NCBI GenBank assembly: GCA_048882485.1
Contig: JBHLRP010000026.1
Location: forward strand, 1 to 46,360
Direction: 5' to 3'
DNA length: 46,360 nucleotides
Source of the DNA: Candidatus Thorarchaeota archaeon
Lineage (GTDB): Archaea; Asgardarchaeota; Thorarchaeia; Thorarchaeales; Thorarchaeaceae
Shown: piece after piece, positions 46,148-46,360 of the stretch
Numbering within the stretch: the first letter of the stretch is position 1
Layout of the letters: each line of letters opens with the position of its first letter
Translations under genes and position numbers: made by a program
The notes under the pieces: model-generated
The model's database searches: none
Told to the model about the DNA's origin: nothing
The model's input: the letters and a program-made list of their open reading frames with translations, nothing else

Positions 46148-46360
46148 ACTCTTCTTAGATATAATAAGCAAGTGTAAATTCTGGAGGTCCCTAAATACGC
46201 CCGAGAGATGCCAGATAGCACGACTGTTTTCTTTGCTCAAATAAAGCGGTCTAAGGGAAAACAGGGAATGAGAACCATTTCAGCGCAATGCTTTTTACCG
46301 TGAAAGGCACTATAATGTTCAGCTCACCCAAGCTGGAATAGATGATACTCCATCTTTCGT

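Noticed and set aside
1-46360. CRISPR array, rRNA, integrase, transposase or provirus
   Set aside because: No regularly spaced repeat-spacer array, rRNA-like sequence, tyrosine/serine recombinase, DDE motif or capsid-like ORF was recognised; a very divergent recombinase among the hypothetical proteins cannot be excluded without HMM searches.

Overview
Archaeal chromosomal window, most likely Asgard (Thorarchaeia-like). This is an inference from intron-containing CCA-encoding tRNAs, three TFB paralogs, L10e, EndA, a degenerate small GTPase, LRR/HEAT proteins and frequent TTG/GTG/CTG starts. It holds five tRNA genes (Thr-TGT, Arg-CCT, Arg-TCG, Tyr-GTA, Asp-GTC); three carry introns, with four introns in total and three of them at non-canonical positions. 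Main observation: three tRNAs head arrays of direct repeats of their own 3' ends that delimit small, integrase-free cassettes of one or a few genes. In the Tyr array the repeats decay with distance from the tRNA (48/48, 48/52, 27/36 identity). Also notable: TFB paralogs linked to unannotated microproteins (a duplicated Cys/His mini zinc finger and two PITEWYDIER peptides), an opine-dehydrogenase/cobalamin-enzyme pair, a membrane-anchored GGPP-repeat protein, a 5xHTH-2xHNH protein, a non-catalytic EndA subunit coupled to a PIN-less PINA ATPase, and an orphan DUF1156-type methyltransferase with a probable CTG start. All family calls come from motif recognition by eye; no database search was run.
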